A stretch of 28,727 nucleotides of DNA from Chiloscyllium plagiosum (lineage: Eukaryota), in assembly GCF_004010195.1 (NCBI RefSeq), contig NC_057718.1, forward strand, positions 28,518,377 through 28,547,103, given 5' to 3'. Positions 1-10,089 of the stretch are shown one piece after another. Both the position numbers and the translations under genes were made by a program. How positions within the stretch are numbered: position 1 is the stretch's first letter; every line of letters starts with the position of its first letter. A model generated the notes under the pieces. The model was not told the DNA's origin, ran no database searches, and saw nothing but the letters and a program-made list of their open reading frames with translations.

Positions 1-111
1 GCACTTTTCCTTATTTCTCTTTTCCTGTTTTTTTCTCTTTCTACTTACTTCCCATTCACGGTCTCAGTGGCAGTGAGTTGAGCCAGCACTGATTCGAGAA
101 GAAGCACATTG

Positions 112-1094
112 CAGACTTGAGGACTCCCTACGTCGGGGTGAAACCCAGCTCAGACTTGAGAACTCCCTGCCTCAAGATGAAACCGAGCACAGACATGAGG
201 ACTCCCTGCCTCGAGGTGAAAGCCAGCTCAGACTCGAGGACTCCCTACCTTGAGGTAAAGGCCAGCTCAGACTCGAGGACTCCCTGCCTCAAGGTGAAAC
301 CCAGCACAGACTTGAGGACTCCCTGCCTCGAGGTGAAACCCAGCACAGACTTGAGGACTCCCTCCCTTGAGGTAAAGCCCAACTTAGACTCGAGGACTCC
401 TTGCCTCGAGGTGAAACCCAGCACAGACTTGAGGACTCATGGGCGGCACGGTGGCACAGTGGTTAGCACTGCTGCCTCACAGCGCCTGAGACCCGGGTTC
501 AATTCCCGCCTCAGGCGACTGACTGTGTGGAGTTTGCACGTTCTCCCCGTGTCTGCGTGGGTTTCCTCCAGGTGCTCCGGTTTCCTCCCACAGTCCAAAA
601 GATGTGCAGGGTCAGGTGAATTGGCCATGCTAAATTGCCCGTAGTGTTAGGTAAGTGGTAAATGTAGGGGTATGGGTGGGCTTCGCTTCGGCGGGTCGGT
701 GTGGACTTGTTGGGCCGAAGGGCCTGTTTCCACACTGTAATGTAATGTAATCTAATCTAATCTAATCTAAACCAGGAGCTAAGGACTCCCTGCCTCGAGG
801 TGAAACCCAGCTCAGACTTGAGGACTCCCTGCCTCGAGGTGAAACCCAGCTCAGACTTGTGGACTCCCTACCTTGAGGTAAAGCCCAGCTCAGACTCGAG
901 AACTCCTTGCCTCGAGGTGAAACCCAGCACAGACTTGAGGACTACCTGCCTCAAGGTGCAGCCCAGCTCAGACTCGAGGACTCCCTGCTTCGAGGTGAAA
1001 CCCAGCTCAGACTCGAGGACTCCCTACCTTGAGGTGAAGCCCAGCTCAGACTCGAGGGCTCTCCACCTCGAGGTAAAGCTCTGCATAGACTCGT
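112..1094. repeat. 39-bp minisatellite/VNTR (~16-17 units), interrupted by a SINE at 441-770
   Basis: Unit cagacttgaggactccctgcctcgaggtgaaacccagc(t/a) starts at 112,151,190...424 and at 813,852...1047. It gives the 13-aa periodicity in ORFs 117..644 and 800..1213. Confidence 0.95.
441..770 (+). mobile_element. HE1-type tRNA-derived V-SINE (young, full length)
   Basis: tRNA-like head with A/B boxes (tggcacagtgg, ggttcaattccc), V-domain gtgtggagtttgca..ttctccccgtgtctgcgtgggtttcc, and a (tctaa)n tail. Nearly identical to the copy at 12283. Confidence 0.9.
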
Positions 1095-1194
1095 CTGTTC
1101 CATCTGCTTTTATTTTGTTTTCACTCTTTCTCTGCTTTAGAACTACTGTTATGCTGAATTTTGAACTTCATTTCTTTATTTTTTCCAATTTATA

Positions 1195-1325
1195 CCTAAG
1201 CTTTTGTACCTAGGCACCTTTGTACCTAAGGTGGTGCTGGAAATGGTGATGTTGTACACTTTTCACTGTACTCATGTATCAATGGAATTGAATACATGTG
1301 ACAATAAAACCTAATTCTAATCCTG
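1195..1325 (+). mobile_element. Non-LTR retroposon-like 3' tail following the VNTR
   Basis: Reads ...acacttttcactgtac...catgtgacaataaa followed by a (ctaatt)-like tail. A related copy lies on the minus strand at ~17995-18075. Confidence 0.5.
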
Positions 1326-1479
1326 AGTATTGGATTAAAAGATTTCTTACTGCAATTATATCGTTAGAGCTTACTTGGATTATTGTATGCAGTTTTGGTC
1401 TCCTTACCGAAAGAAAGATATATTTTGGGGAGTTCCCCAAAATAACTCCTGGGATAGTGAGATCATTCTATAAGGAGAA

Positions 1480-1790
1480 ATCACATAGATTTGGTGTTTA
1501 TTATCTGGAGTTTAGAAGAATTAAAGGTTATCTCATTTAAAACTCAAAATTCATGCAGGGCTTGACAAGATAGATAATGGAAGGCTGGTTCCCCTGGTTG
1601 AGAAATCTAGAACTGGGGTACAGTCTTGGAATATGGAGGCAGGTTATTTAGCATATAGAAACACAGAAAGTAGGAACAGAAGTAGCCCTTTCAGCCTGCT
1701 CTACTATTCAATATGATCATTAAATGAACATAGGAAGTATAGTTGGTAGGTTTGCAGCTGACACCAAAATTGGAGGTGTTGTGGACACCA
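1480..1790. mobile_element. CR1-type LINE fragments (RT C-terminus, FADDTK-like segment, and a reverse-strand tail)
   Basis: LEFRRIKGYLI and GRFAADTKIGGVVD are CR1 ORF2-like. Confidence 0.65.
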
Positions 1791-1854
1791 AGTATGGTGA
1801 CGAAACGTCTGAAAATGAACCTTCCAGCTCAGCAAGCAAACCTACATCCAGAAC
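1791..1854 (+). mobile_element. Penelope-like pseudo-LTR 3' fragment with the 3' half of a hammerhead (GGTGAC-GAAACGTC)
   Basis: Homologous to the terminal repeats of the PLE at 6765-7380 (ccagctcagc..aaac.tac). Confidence 0.6.
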
Positions 1855-3865
1855 ATCCCTTTTCATTGATGGTATGGGACACTCCCAGATAACCTTTGTT
1901 TTCACATCCTGTGGGGCTTTCTGTCCCTGTGTAATAACATGACCCAGGAACATGACTCACTCTTAACCAGATTTATCACAAGTCAACATTCTGAAATCAA
2001 TCAAATAATTCTGCTGAATGCACCAAATATTCCTTTCAGGTGTGACTAAAAATCACCAAATTGTCCATGTACATCACACAATTGGTAATCCTGAAATTAC
2101 TTTATTGATTAATCTTTGAAATGTGGCTGGTGCATTTTTCATCCCAAATGGCATAACTTTAAACTGGTAAAGTCCATTCGGTGTCATGCAAACCAAAATT
2201 TCCTTTGCTCTATTGGATAAACGTATTTGCCAGAATCCTTTCAATCAGTCCAACTTAGAAATATAAACTGCTTGTCCCACTTTCTCAATACAGTTTTCTG
2301 AATGTGAAAGAAGATACTAATCAAGTTTTGTAACTGCATTGACATTGCAATGGTTCACATATAATCATTGGATACCATTTGGTTTTGGCATCATTACTAT
2401 GGGTGAGCTCCATTCACTGCAACGTACTTTTATTATGTCATATCTGAGCACGCATTCAATCTCCTTTTGAACCTGTGCCAATTTTAGAGGGTTAAGTCTA
2501 TAATAATGTTGCTTAATTGGAACAGGATTTCTTATGTCTATATCATGCATAATCAAATTAGTACTTCCCAGCTTATTCCCACATATCTTTCCATATGATT
2601 GTAATAACTCTTTCAGGTCATTTCAATTTTCCTCTGGAATGTAACTCAATAATTTATCCCTATTTTTGAGAACTTCCTCATTGTCTGATTTCATTTCAGG
2701 AATGTCCAATTCAGAATCCTCTGAACTTGTTTTTTCACTCTGTATTGTAACCAATAACACATTCTCCTTTTGCTTTTCTTCCATAACAAAATACCTTTGA
2801 GGACTCACATGTGACACACTGAGATTTCCTTCTATCTGGCTTTCTTATCAAATAATTCACCCCACTTAATTTCCTTTTGATTTGATAAAGTCCACTAAAC
2901 CTTGCCTTTAATGGTTTGTCTATCAATGGGAGTAACACTAACACTTTAACTCCACTAGCAAAATTACAAATTTTTGATCTTGTTTGCTTTCTGTTTCATC
3001 GCATGCTGTGCTTTGTGTAAATGCTATCTAGCCAACTCACCGACTTAGTTTAATCTCTCCCTAAAATTTGACATCGTCCAAATGTGTAGACTTTGAACTC
3101 TGATTCACTAATTTCTCCTTAACTAATGAATGATCCTCTCATCTCATGCCCAAAAACTAATTAAAATCGACAGAATTTCATTGATTCATTCGGTGCATCC
3201 CTAATTGCAAATAGTAAAAAAGGTATTCCTTTATCCCAATCCTCTGGATAGTCTTCACTATAAGCCCTCAACATGATCTTTGGATGCCATCATTCTAATG
3301 CTCCGTGAGATTTGGGATATTATGCAGTGGATTTGAATTGTTTTGTTCCTAAACTATCTATAACTTCCCTGAATAACTTTGATGTAAAGTTTGATCCTTA
3401 ATCCGATTGTAGTTCTGTGGGTAGGCCTTATCTAGTAAACAAATTGTGTAACTTTTCTCCAATCTTTTTAACTGTGACACTGCATAATGGAATGGCTTCT
3501 GGCAATCCAATAGAGACATCAATTATGGTCAAGAAATACAAATTCCCACTTTTTGTTTCTGGCTGAGGTCCTACACAATCGATTAAGTCTCTTGTAAAAA
3601 TTTCCTCTGATGTGGGAATGGGCATTAAGGGTGCTTGGTTTATCACTGCCTGAGGTTTTTTGTGATCTGAGACGCCCAGCAAAATTCAACCACATCTCGA
3701 TGCAGTCCAGGCCAATAAAAATGTTTTTGTATTTTGGCTTGAGTTTGCCTTACTCCCAAATGACCTCCTACTGGCATCTTGTGTTATCCGCAACACCTCC
3801 TTTCTATAACCCACCAGTAATTAAAATTTATGAACTTCTGTCCAGTTTTCATCTGCCTGAATATG
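1855..3865 (-). mobile_element. Decayed Gypsy-superfamily LTR retrotransposon pol with integrase upstream of RT (Gmr1-like)
   Basis: Minus strand, in order. Integrase: GHLG (~3765), IDCVGP..LTIID (3428-3682), QSD*GSNFTS (~3400), YPKSHGALE (~3300), ARFSGLY GPY/F-like motif (~2890). RT: PIKQHYYR..SEWSSPIV (2365-2556), MPFGMKNAPATFQR (~2140), YMDN (~2065), FLGHV (~1950). Many stops and frameshifts. Confidence 0.88.
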
Positions 3866-3869
3866 TAAT

Positions 3870-4056
3870 TATCACACAACAGCAGGTTATAGTCCAACAG
3901 GTTTGTTTGGAAGCACTAGCTTTCAGAGCACTGCTCCTTCATCAGGTGGTTGTGTTAAAGGAGCAGTGCTTATGCCTCCAAATAAACCTGTTGGACTATA
4001 ACCTGTTTTTGTGATTTTTAACTTTGTCCACCATAGTCCACCACCAGCTCCTCCAA
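3870..4056. mobile_element. Inverted pair of Penelope-like terminal repeats (short non-autonomous PLE remnant)
   Basis: aggttatagtccaacaggtttgtttgga and tccaaataaacctgttggactataacct are inverted repeats. The minus copy carries a hammerhead motif. Confidence 0.7.
3914..3948 (-). ncRNA. Minimal type I hammerhead ribozyme motif
   Basis: CAC-CUGAUGA-A-GGAGC-agu-GCUCU-GAA-AGCU-A^GUG. Stem I is CAC/GUG, stem II is 5 bp with a G-U at the core end, and stem III is the palindrome AGCU. Confidence 0.75.
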
Positions 4057-4099
4057 GTCACGAGTTTTAACTCGCAAATGAGACCTCTGCAAATATGCA

Positions 4100-5436
4100 C
4101 CAATAACTCCAGAGATTGTTGTTGCATCACCAATTCACCCTTTATTTACACATGGAAAGAATTGAACACTGGTCCACCTCCCCGAGAGGTAGTTTTGTGA
4201 GTGGTGTGTCTGACACTCCTGTTTTTAATTTCTTTTGGAGAGTCCTTAACACTGATCCAGCTCCCTCAGCCGGCTCTCAGAGTGAACAGGATGTCTAACA
4301 CTCCTGTTTATTTTTATTTTCTTTACGTTCTCCCCACACTACTGCCTAACAGCGGTAGTGCCTACTTTCCCCCCACATCCATATCATGTGTGTGCAGATG
4401 TCAGACACAGTGAAGAACAAGTATGTAAATCTTTATTTATATTCCACCACCAGGAAGAACAGAAACACCCAAGTGGCTAGTGACAAAAAGTGCCATTCTT
4501 GACAAACGGCAATGCTAGTCCTGTTTTTTTCCCCCTTTTTATAAGCAGAAAGAAAACCCAGAAAACAATCACAATAAACAAAGAAAACCAAACATTCAAA
4601 ATAAACTCCTCCGCAGTAGGAAGACACCAACAGCAGTAAATATGATATACTGACCGTGTGGTTCCAGGCTGTTCAGAAGTCAGTCTCCTTTCCTCTTTAA
4701 CACAGAAAAGTGAAGAGTCCTTCACTCACTGATCCAGCTCCCTCAGAGGCAGTCGTCAGTGAACAGGATGTCTGAGCCTCGTTTTTTTTTTCCCCCTCAC
4801 ACGCATGTTGTGTGTGCGTGCACGTGCAAGTGTTGGGACACAGTAAAAAAAACAAGCATATAAATCTTTATTTATGTTCCATCACCAGGATGGAAGGAAA
4901 CACCAGAGTGGCCAGTGATAAGCCGTGCCCTTCTCGACAAATGGCAATACCACTCCTGTTTTTATTTTTTCTTCTTTAAATGGGATCGAGTGAAGTGGCA
5001 GGGAAACTGAGATACCAGTGTATTAGTTCAGCTGTTTGAAATAACTCCATGTGTAAACAAAGGGTGATTGGTGATGTGATACCTGCCTACATGGAGTGTC
5101 CTTGATACTGATCCAGCTCCCTCAGAGCCAGCTCTGTGTGAACAGAAACTCCTGTTGATTTTTTTTTTTAAACAAAACAGAACCCCTGACACTTATTTTT
5201 AAAGTTAGGATTTTTTCCCCAGCACCCATATTGTGTGCACACAGGTGAGACACAGTGAAAGACACAAGGTGCACAAATCTTTATTCAAATTTCCACCTCC
5301 CAGAAGAAAGGAAACACCTAAGTGGCCTGTGACAAGCAGTGCTCTTCACGAAGGGCAATACTACCCCTGTTTTTAATCAGTCAGCCCCAAATCAGGGAAC
5401 TCATAATAGGAGGTCCACCTGACTGACCTCATTATA
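4100..5436 (-). mobile_element. Cluster of four related LTR-like fragments, three carrying the same ~210-bp insert
   Basis: Core actgatccagctccctcag...ctcctgttt recurs at ~4168, 4250, 4727 and 5107. The minus-strand end ...ggagttatttCA is at 5037, with AATAAA signals. LTR identity is inferred. Confidence 0.6.
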
Positions 5437-5744
5437 AATCAAACACAGACCACATATTCTGTCTCCAATACCAATTAAGTTAAATTAGGACCTGGCAAGT
5501 GGCAAATATCCCATCACAATCCTGCCTTTCAGGTCAGAGGAAAGCTTTTAGGATTCAGTATTTCAGCCACTCATTGCAAAATGCCTTACCTTGGGCTTAT
5601 GGCAAGCCCAGAATCTTTTTAGATGGCAAGTCTGTCACCTGAGGGAAGAGAATTGTGCCATTGAACCATCTTGAAGATGTTCAAACAATTAAAATGCAAA
5701 CTAGTTTCAGTAAAAGGCTGGCATGATCCATGTTTCAATAGAGA

Positions 5745-6013
5745 TGATTTAGATTTCTTAGAGTGTGAAAACCGGCCCTTCAGCCCAACAAGTCCACTCT
5801 GACCCTCCGAAGAGCAACCCCTACCCATTCCCCCATATTTACCCCTTCATTTAGCATGGCCAATTCATCTAACCTGCACATTTTTGGACTGTAGGAGGAA
5901 ACCTGAGCACCCAGATGAAACCCACGCAGACATGGGGGAGAATGTGCAAACTCCACACAGACATTTGCCAGGTTTTTGGTGCTGAGGCAGTAGTGCTAAC
6001 CACTGTGCTGCCC
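5745..6013 (-). mobile_element. HE1-type V-SINE (older, internally deleted)
   Basis: Reverse-complement similarity to 441-770. Confidence 0.85.
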
Positions 6014-6764
6014 AGATGAACCAATCATTGTAGATTAATGCACTCTCCAGTGGCTCAACATTGACAGCCATATATCTGCCTGGGCAAGGGGACAGGGGAA
6101 AATAAAAGGTGATCTACACAGATGCTTCCTTAAGTATCATTAATCCCTAATGTCTAGAAAGCAAAGATCCTACACACTATTCCATTGTTCCTTAGTCTTT
6201 GCTCAATATCTGTTTGTGCTTTGATTTCCATTAACATTGTAGGTCACATGATTACTGAATGAACTACTTAAAGCATGCAAGCATTTAAAGTAGTTAATAC
6301 CTTTTAAAGAACCCAATCACCAAGTTCTTAAGTTCTAACTTCCAGGCATGCTGGTTTTAAGGTATACACAAATATTTAGCCCAGATAAATGAAATGAATG
6401 CTGTCATTTAAACTAAACTATCAAGAAATGAAGTTCAAGACGGGTGTTAGTGAAGTATTTGATAGCCAGATACAGTTCATTTTTAAAGGCTCATTACCAT
6501 GCAGCGAGAGTGAAACACAGAAATCAGATTTCCCCAAAGGCACTACATGGTGTTTTACACCAGTACTACTACAATAGCATATCCATTGTTCAAAGACTTT
6601 GCTCAGTTGTAGTAGAGTTCAACACAATTTAAGAGCTTGAGTGGCCAACTCAAATTTGCAAATTACAATTCAATGTTTTAGAGATAATTAATGTTCAAGT
6701 TCCAGTAGCATTTAAGATTATAAAAAAAAAAAACTTTAGAACTATACTTAAATCAGTTTAATAG

Positions 6765-7380
6765 TCAGGTTGTAAGTTTGCTTGCTGAGCTGGTAAATTT
6801 GTTCTTAGACACATTGTTATGTAGCATGGTGACAGTGAGTCTCCAATAAAGTGCTGGTGATTATCCTGCTTGCATCTAGGTCTGTTTTGGTGGGTTCCTG
6901 TACCAACAACCAGCAGAATGAAAATATACAAGATACCCTGTAAGGACTGCAACAAATATTACATTGGATTGATGAGCAGGAAACCACCACCACCACCACC
7001 ACCACCCCACATGAACACCAACTAGCCACCAAAAGACATGGTGAGCCATCACTAGTATCCATACACAGACTAAGAGGGACACCAGTTTAACTGGGACAAT
7101 ACATCCATCCTGGGACAAACTAAACAAGGACATGCATGGAAATTCCTACAGGCCTGGCATTCAAACTAGAACTTCATTAAACAAAAAAATTGATTTGGAC
7201 CCATTTACAAACCTCAAACCGGAAGTGATATCATCCATCACAACAGACCAAGACGATAGCAAGTGGGACAGAATACCAGCACTTCAGAGGCTCACTGATG
7301 TTACCTACCAGTGATGAAGTGTCTGAGAGGAAAAAAACCTACCAGCTCAGTGATTAAACTTACAACCTGAGCCACAAATC
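6765..7380 (+). mobile_element. Penelope-like element fragment: GIY-YIG endonuclease remnant flanked by inverted terminal repeats
   Basis: Encodes IYKIPCKDCNKYYIG..HEHQLATKRH..GHQFNWDNTSILG. tcaggttgtaagttt..gctgagctggta (6765-) is inverted at taccagctcag..aaacttacaacctga (-7370). Contains an (ACC)n expansion at 6983-7006 and a decayed hammerhead at ~7293-7325. Confidence 0.8.
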
Positions 7381-7603
7381 TAAAATTTTAGTTCAATGGT
7401 GCTTAGTATAGTTCAGAATAGCAATTTAAGGATTCATGGCAAAGCTGTATTGTGGAAGGTTATAAAATACAAGATGAAGCAGCTCAATTCAGGGACTTGG
7501 CAATGCCAAAGCAACAAGAGGAAAAAATAAAATGGACTGCAATCAAAACTCAAGGCATCATTACAATTATTAAATGAACCCACTTCAGAAAACTGAAACA
7601 GTC

Positions 7604-7609
7604 TTTATT
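7604..7609 (-). terminator. Probable EPCAM polyadenylation signal (AATAAA); 3'UTR about 7585-8018
   Basis: TTTATT on + lies ~410 nt past the stop and is followed on the minus strand by T/GT-rich sequence. Confidence 0.6.
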
Positions 7610-8018
7610 AAAAATTAAATTTTTACAAAGCCATTTAAACATTATACTTCAATAACAGTACTGAAGTATAAAAGCAGTGACCTAAAACAATGACAGTCCA
7701 AGAAATTACAATTCCAGACTGAGGAAGTACAAAAATCATTAAAACCCAATAAAAAATGGCTGACTCCAATATTGTCTCCGTCTCCCTTTGTGGGAAGAAA
7801 ATGTCCAGTAACAGTACCAGCTAAAAAGAGTTCTTTCCAAATGCATGACAAGGATGGATTGCAGTTAAATTAAGTTCAAAATGAACAGAAATTAAAGATC
7901 TGCACGACAACCTTGTAGAGAATCCCAAACCAGGAGACTGTTCACTTGCATTGTCTCATTTTATAATCTCCCAAATTCAGAGCAAGAGAGACTGCAACTA
8001 ACATCTTTGCGAGGAAGA

Positions 8019-8063
8019 TTAGGTAGTCAGCTGCTGCTTCTGAATTTCATCCAATTCTCTTCC
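8019..8063 (-). CDS. EPCAM: EPCAM exon 9 coding part (GRELDEIQKQQLTT-stop)
   Basis: ccttacag acceptor and TAA at 8021-8019. Resembles human IKEMGEMHRELNA. Total CDS is 972 nt = 323 aa plus stop. Confidence 0.9.
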   Translation of the reverse strand, partial: GRELDEIQKQQLTT

Positions 8064-8156
8064 CTGTAAGGAAAGAAATGCAAACATTGAAACAGAAGTA
8101 TTTTTACAAGCTACACAAAAAACTTCAACTCAAGGTGGTAGAGAACAAAAACATAC

Positions 8157-8207
8157 CTCAGCCTTTTGATATATGTGGGCCTTGGCAGCCTTCCTTCTGG
8201 TAAAGAA
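8157..8207 (-). CDS. EPCAM: EPCAM exon 8 (juxtamembrane FFTRRKAAKAHIYQKAE)
   Basis: ttccag acceptor, gtatgt donor, 51 nt. Basic stop-transfer cluster and a YxKAE motif. Confidence 0.94.
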
Positions 8208-9185
8208 CTGGAAGAAAAATAAGCCAATATTGAATTTTAGAAGTTGAAACTTATACTTTGCCAAGTACTGTTTTGGAAACTTATTAACATACAAGTTTGG
8301 AATAAGTATCATCCAGCATCTTAGAGTGCTAAATCATTGCAGATCAGATGCGTAGCTTTATTTTCCACCCACCCCATAAACTAATCAAGAATTTGCTACC
8401 TCTGTCTTAAAAATACTGACTAACAGTTGTTTAAGACCCAACCCCAATTTCTCATGTCCATCTGAAAATGGACAGCTATTAGTCATTAAATGGTGTCCCT
8501 TCAGTTCTAGTCTCTCCAACAGGGGAAAACCTTTCAACATCCACTTTGTCAAATCCTCATAGGATTTTGTTTTAATAAGAACATTCTAACTCCAACATAT
8601 ACACACACCCAACTTTTCCTCAGATTCCCAGAACTGGTGGAGGATGCATTAGTCGAGTGCAATGAGCACCTTAAAAACACATGTATATCCTAAAGAAAAA
8701 AAACAAATGAAAAAAGTCTTAGGAACAGGATCAAGTCTTCCATTCATTAAGCTTGGTTGATGTATTTCAGCCCCATGTGCACTTGCTACATGTCAATCTC
8801 AAAAATGAGCTAGCATCTAATAGGAACCTAGTCGCTTGTGGGGGGGGGGGGGGTGGATGCTGGTATTGTCTTTGCCTCTGGACCAACAGGGTCAGTTAAT
8901 CCCACCTGCTCTATAGGTGTGTAACATCTCTGAACAAGTAGGTTCAGAAAATAAAGATGTTCCTCAAATTCATTGTGGACCCAACTGTAAAATAGCTTTG
9001 GCATTTCCTCTTATGCTGATTTCTGTTGGTTACACATATCTAAACATCCTGTAATCTATAACTCAATTTCAATTTAATTACTAAAGATCACCAATTTGGC
9101 AGAGTGGTGAAGTCAAAAATTCTCAATCCAGCACTTCATTTGATGAACATTACACCAAATAAATTTAAGTTCTGTTTATACTTAC

Positions 9186-9398
9186 AAGCACAACAAGTCC
9201 AGCAACAATAGCAAGACAGATCACCACAATGACAGCAATAATGCCAGGGGTCATTCGCTTCATGGAGAACTCTGGATTCTTTGAATCAACATAATACACA
9301 TAGGCTTCTTCAAAACTAAGCTTTTCTCCATCAAATGGGACCCCGTCATCCTGAATTGATCGATTATATTGATCAGAGAACAAGGTGTTACTCTTGAC
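9186..9398 (-). CDS. EPCAM: EPCAM exon 7 (membrane-proximal region and transmembrane helix)
   Basis: ccag acceptor, gtaagt donor, 213 nt. Encodes VKSNTLF...YYVDSKNPEFSMKRMTPGIIAVIVVICLAIVAGLVVL. Confidence 0.96.
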
Positions 9399-9987
9399 CT
9401 GGTATGGAAGGAAAAAAAAGGGTTACACAGGTAAGTGTTGCATTGCAGCCAATCAAAACCCACCATCATGAGTTACATCCAGCAATTAAATACAGTTTAG
9501 GAAGTGTAGGCTCACTAGCCTAAATAACGAATTAGGTTTAAATCCTCATTTATTGTAATCATCCTGAAACCAAGCTATTCTACATTAAAGGAATGAATAG
9601 AATTATCTTTCTTCATGGAGAGAAGAATTTGAGCAAGGGACTAGATTTGGTCATTCATCCTTGTTTACCCTTGAAATTGGTCCTCTTGGGCCACTGCAGA
9701 GGGTAAAGATTCTACCACATTCTGTGGATCTAGCCTCAAGATTCTTCCCTGGGGAGGGGGAAGAGCACAAGTATTCCAGATTTATTAACTGAATTTAAGT
9801 TCCACCAGATCCTGCAGAGGAATTTGAACTCCTTTCCCTAGAAAGGGCTTGAGCCTATGGATTCCTGGGCCAGTACTCCCATCTCCCTGTATTTTGACTA
9901 TTAAATGAAAATTTTTATTCCAAACTAGATAGGAAGAGTGAGCTATAATTAGCACCTACTTTGGCAAGAATGTTCAATGCAACTTAC

Positions 9988-10089
9988 ATCCTTCTCTAGG
10001 TAATAGGCTGCAGTAGCAAGATCAGACGGTGACTGCACGGTCACATTTTGTTTCAAGTCCACAGTTATATAACGGTCTTCTGCATGATA
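9988..10089 (-). CDS. EPCAM: EPCAM exon 6 (YHAEDRYITVDLKQNVTVQSPSDLATAAYYLEKD)
   Basis: ttatag acceptor, gtaagt donor, 102 nt. Carries the ITxDLxQN and AYYxEKD family motifs. Confidence 0.95.

Noticed and set aside
441..520. tRNA gene (also at the other SINE heads)
   Set aside because: The A/B boxes belong to the tRNA-derived head of HE1 SINEs and continue into the V-domain and tail.
112..1094. CRISPR-like array
   Set aside because: The units are contiguous tandem copies with no unique spacers, the context is eukaryotic, and there are no cas genes.
117..1213. ORFs 117..644 and 800..1213 encoding 13-aa repeats as a protein gene
   Set aside because: They result from a stop-free 39-bp VNTR reading into a SINE. 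They have non-ATG starts and no splice or promoter support.
4100..4230. LTR-like fragments as the 5' LTR of the adjacent Gmr1-like element
   Set aside because: There is no room for gag/protease, no recognisable PBS, and no matching 3' LTR in the window, so the link is unsupported.
8840..8853. G14 run (also G-run at ~17341-17358) as a functional G-quadruplex
   Set aside because: These are simple homopolymers with no further evidence, and their length is error-prone in assemblies.
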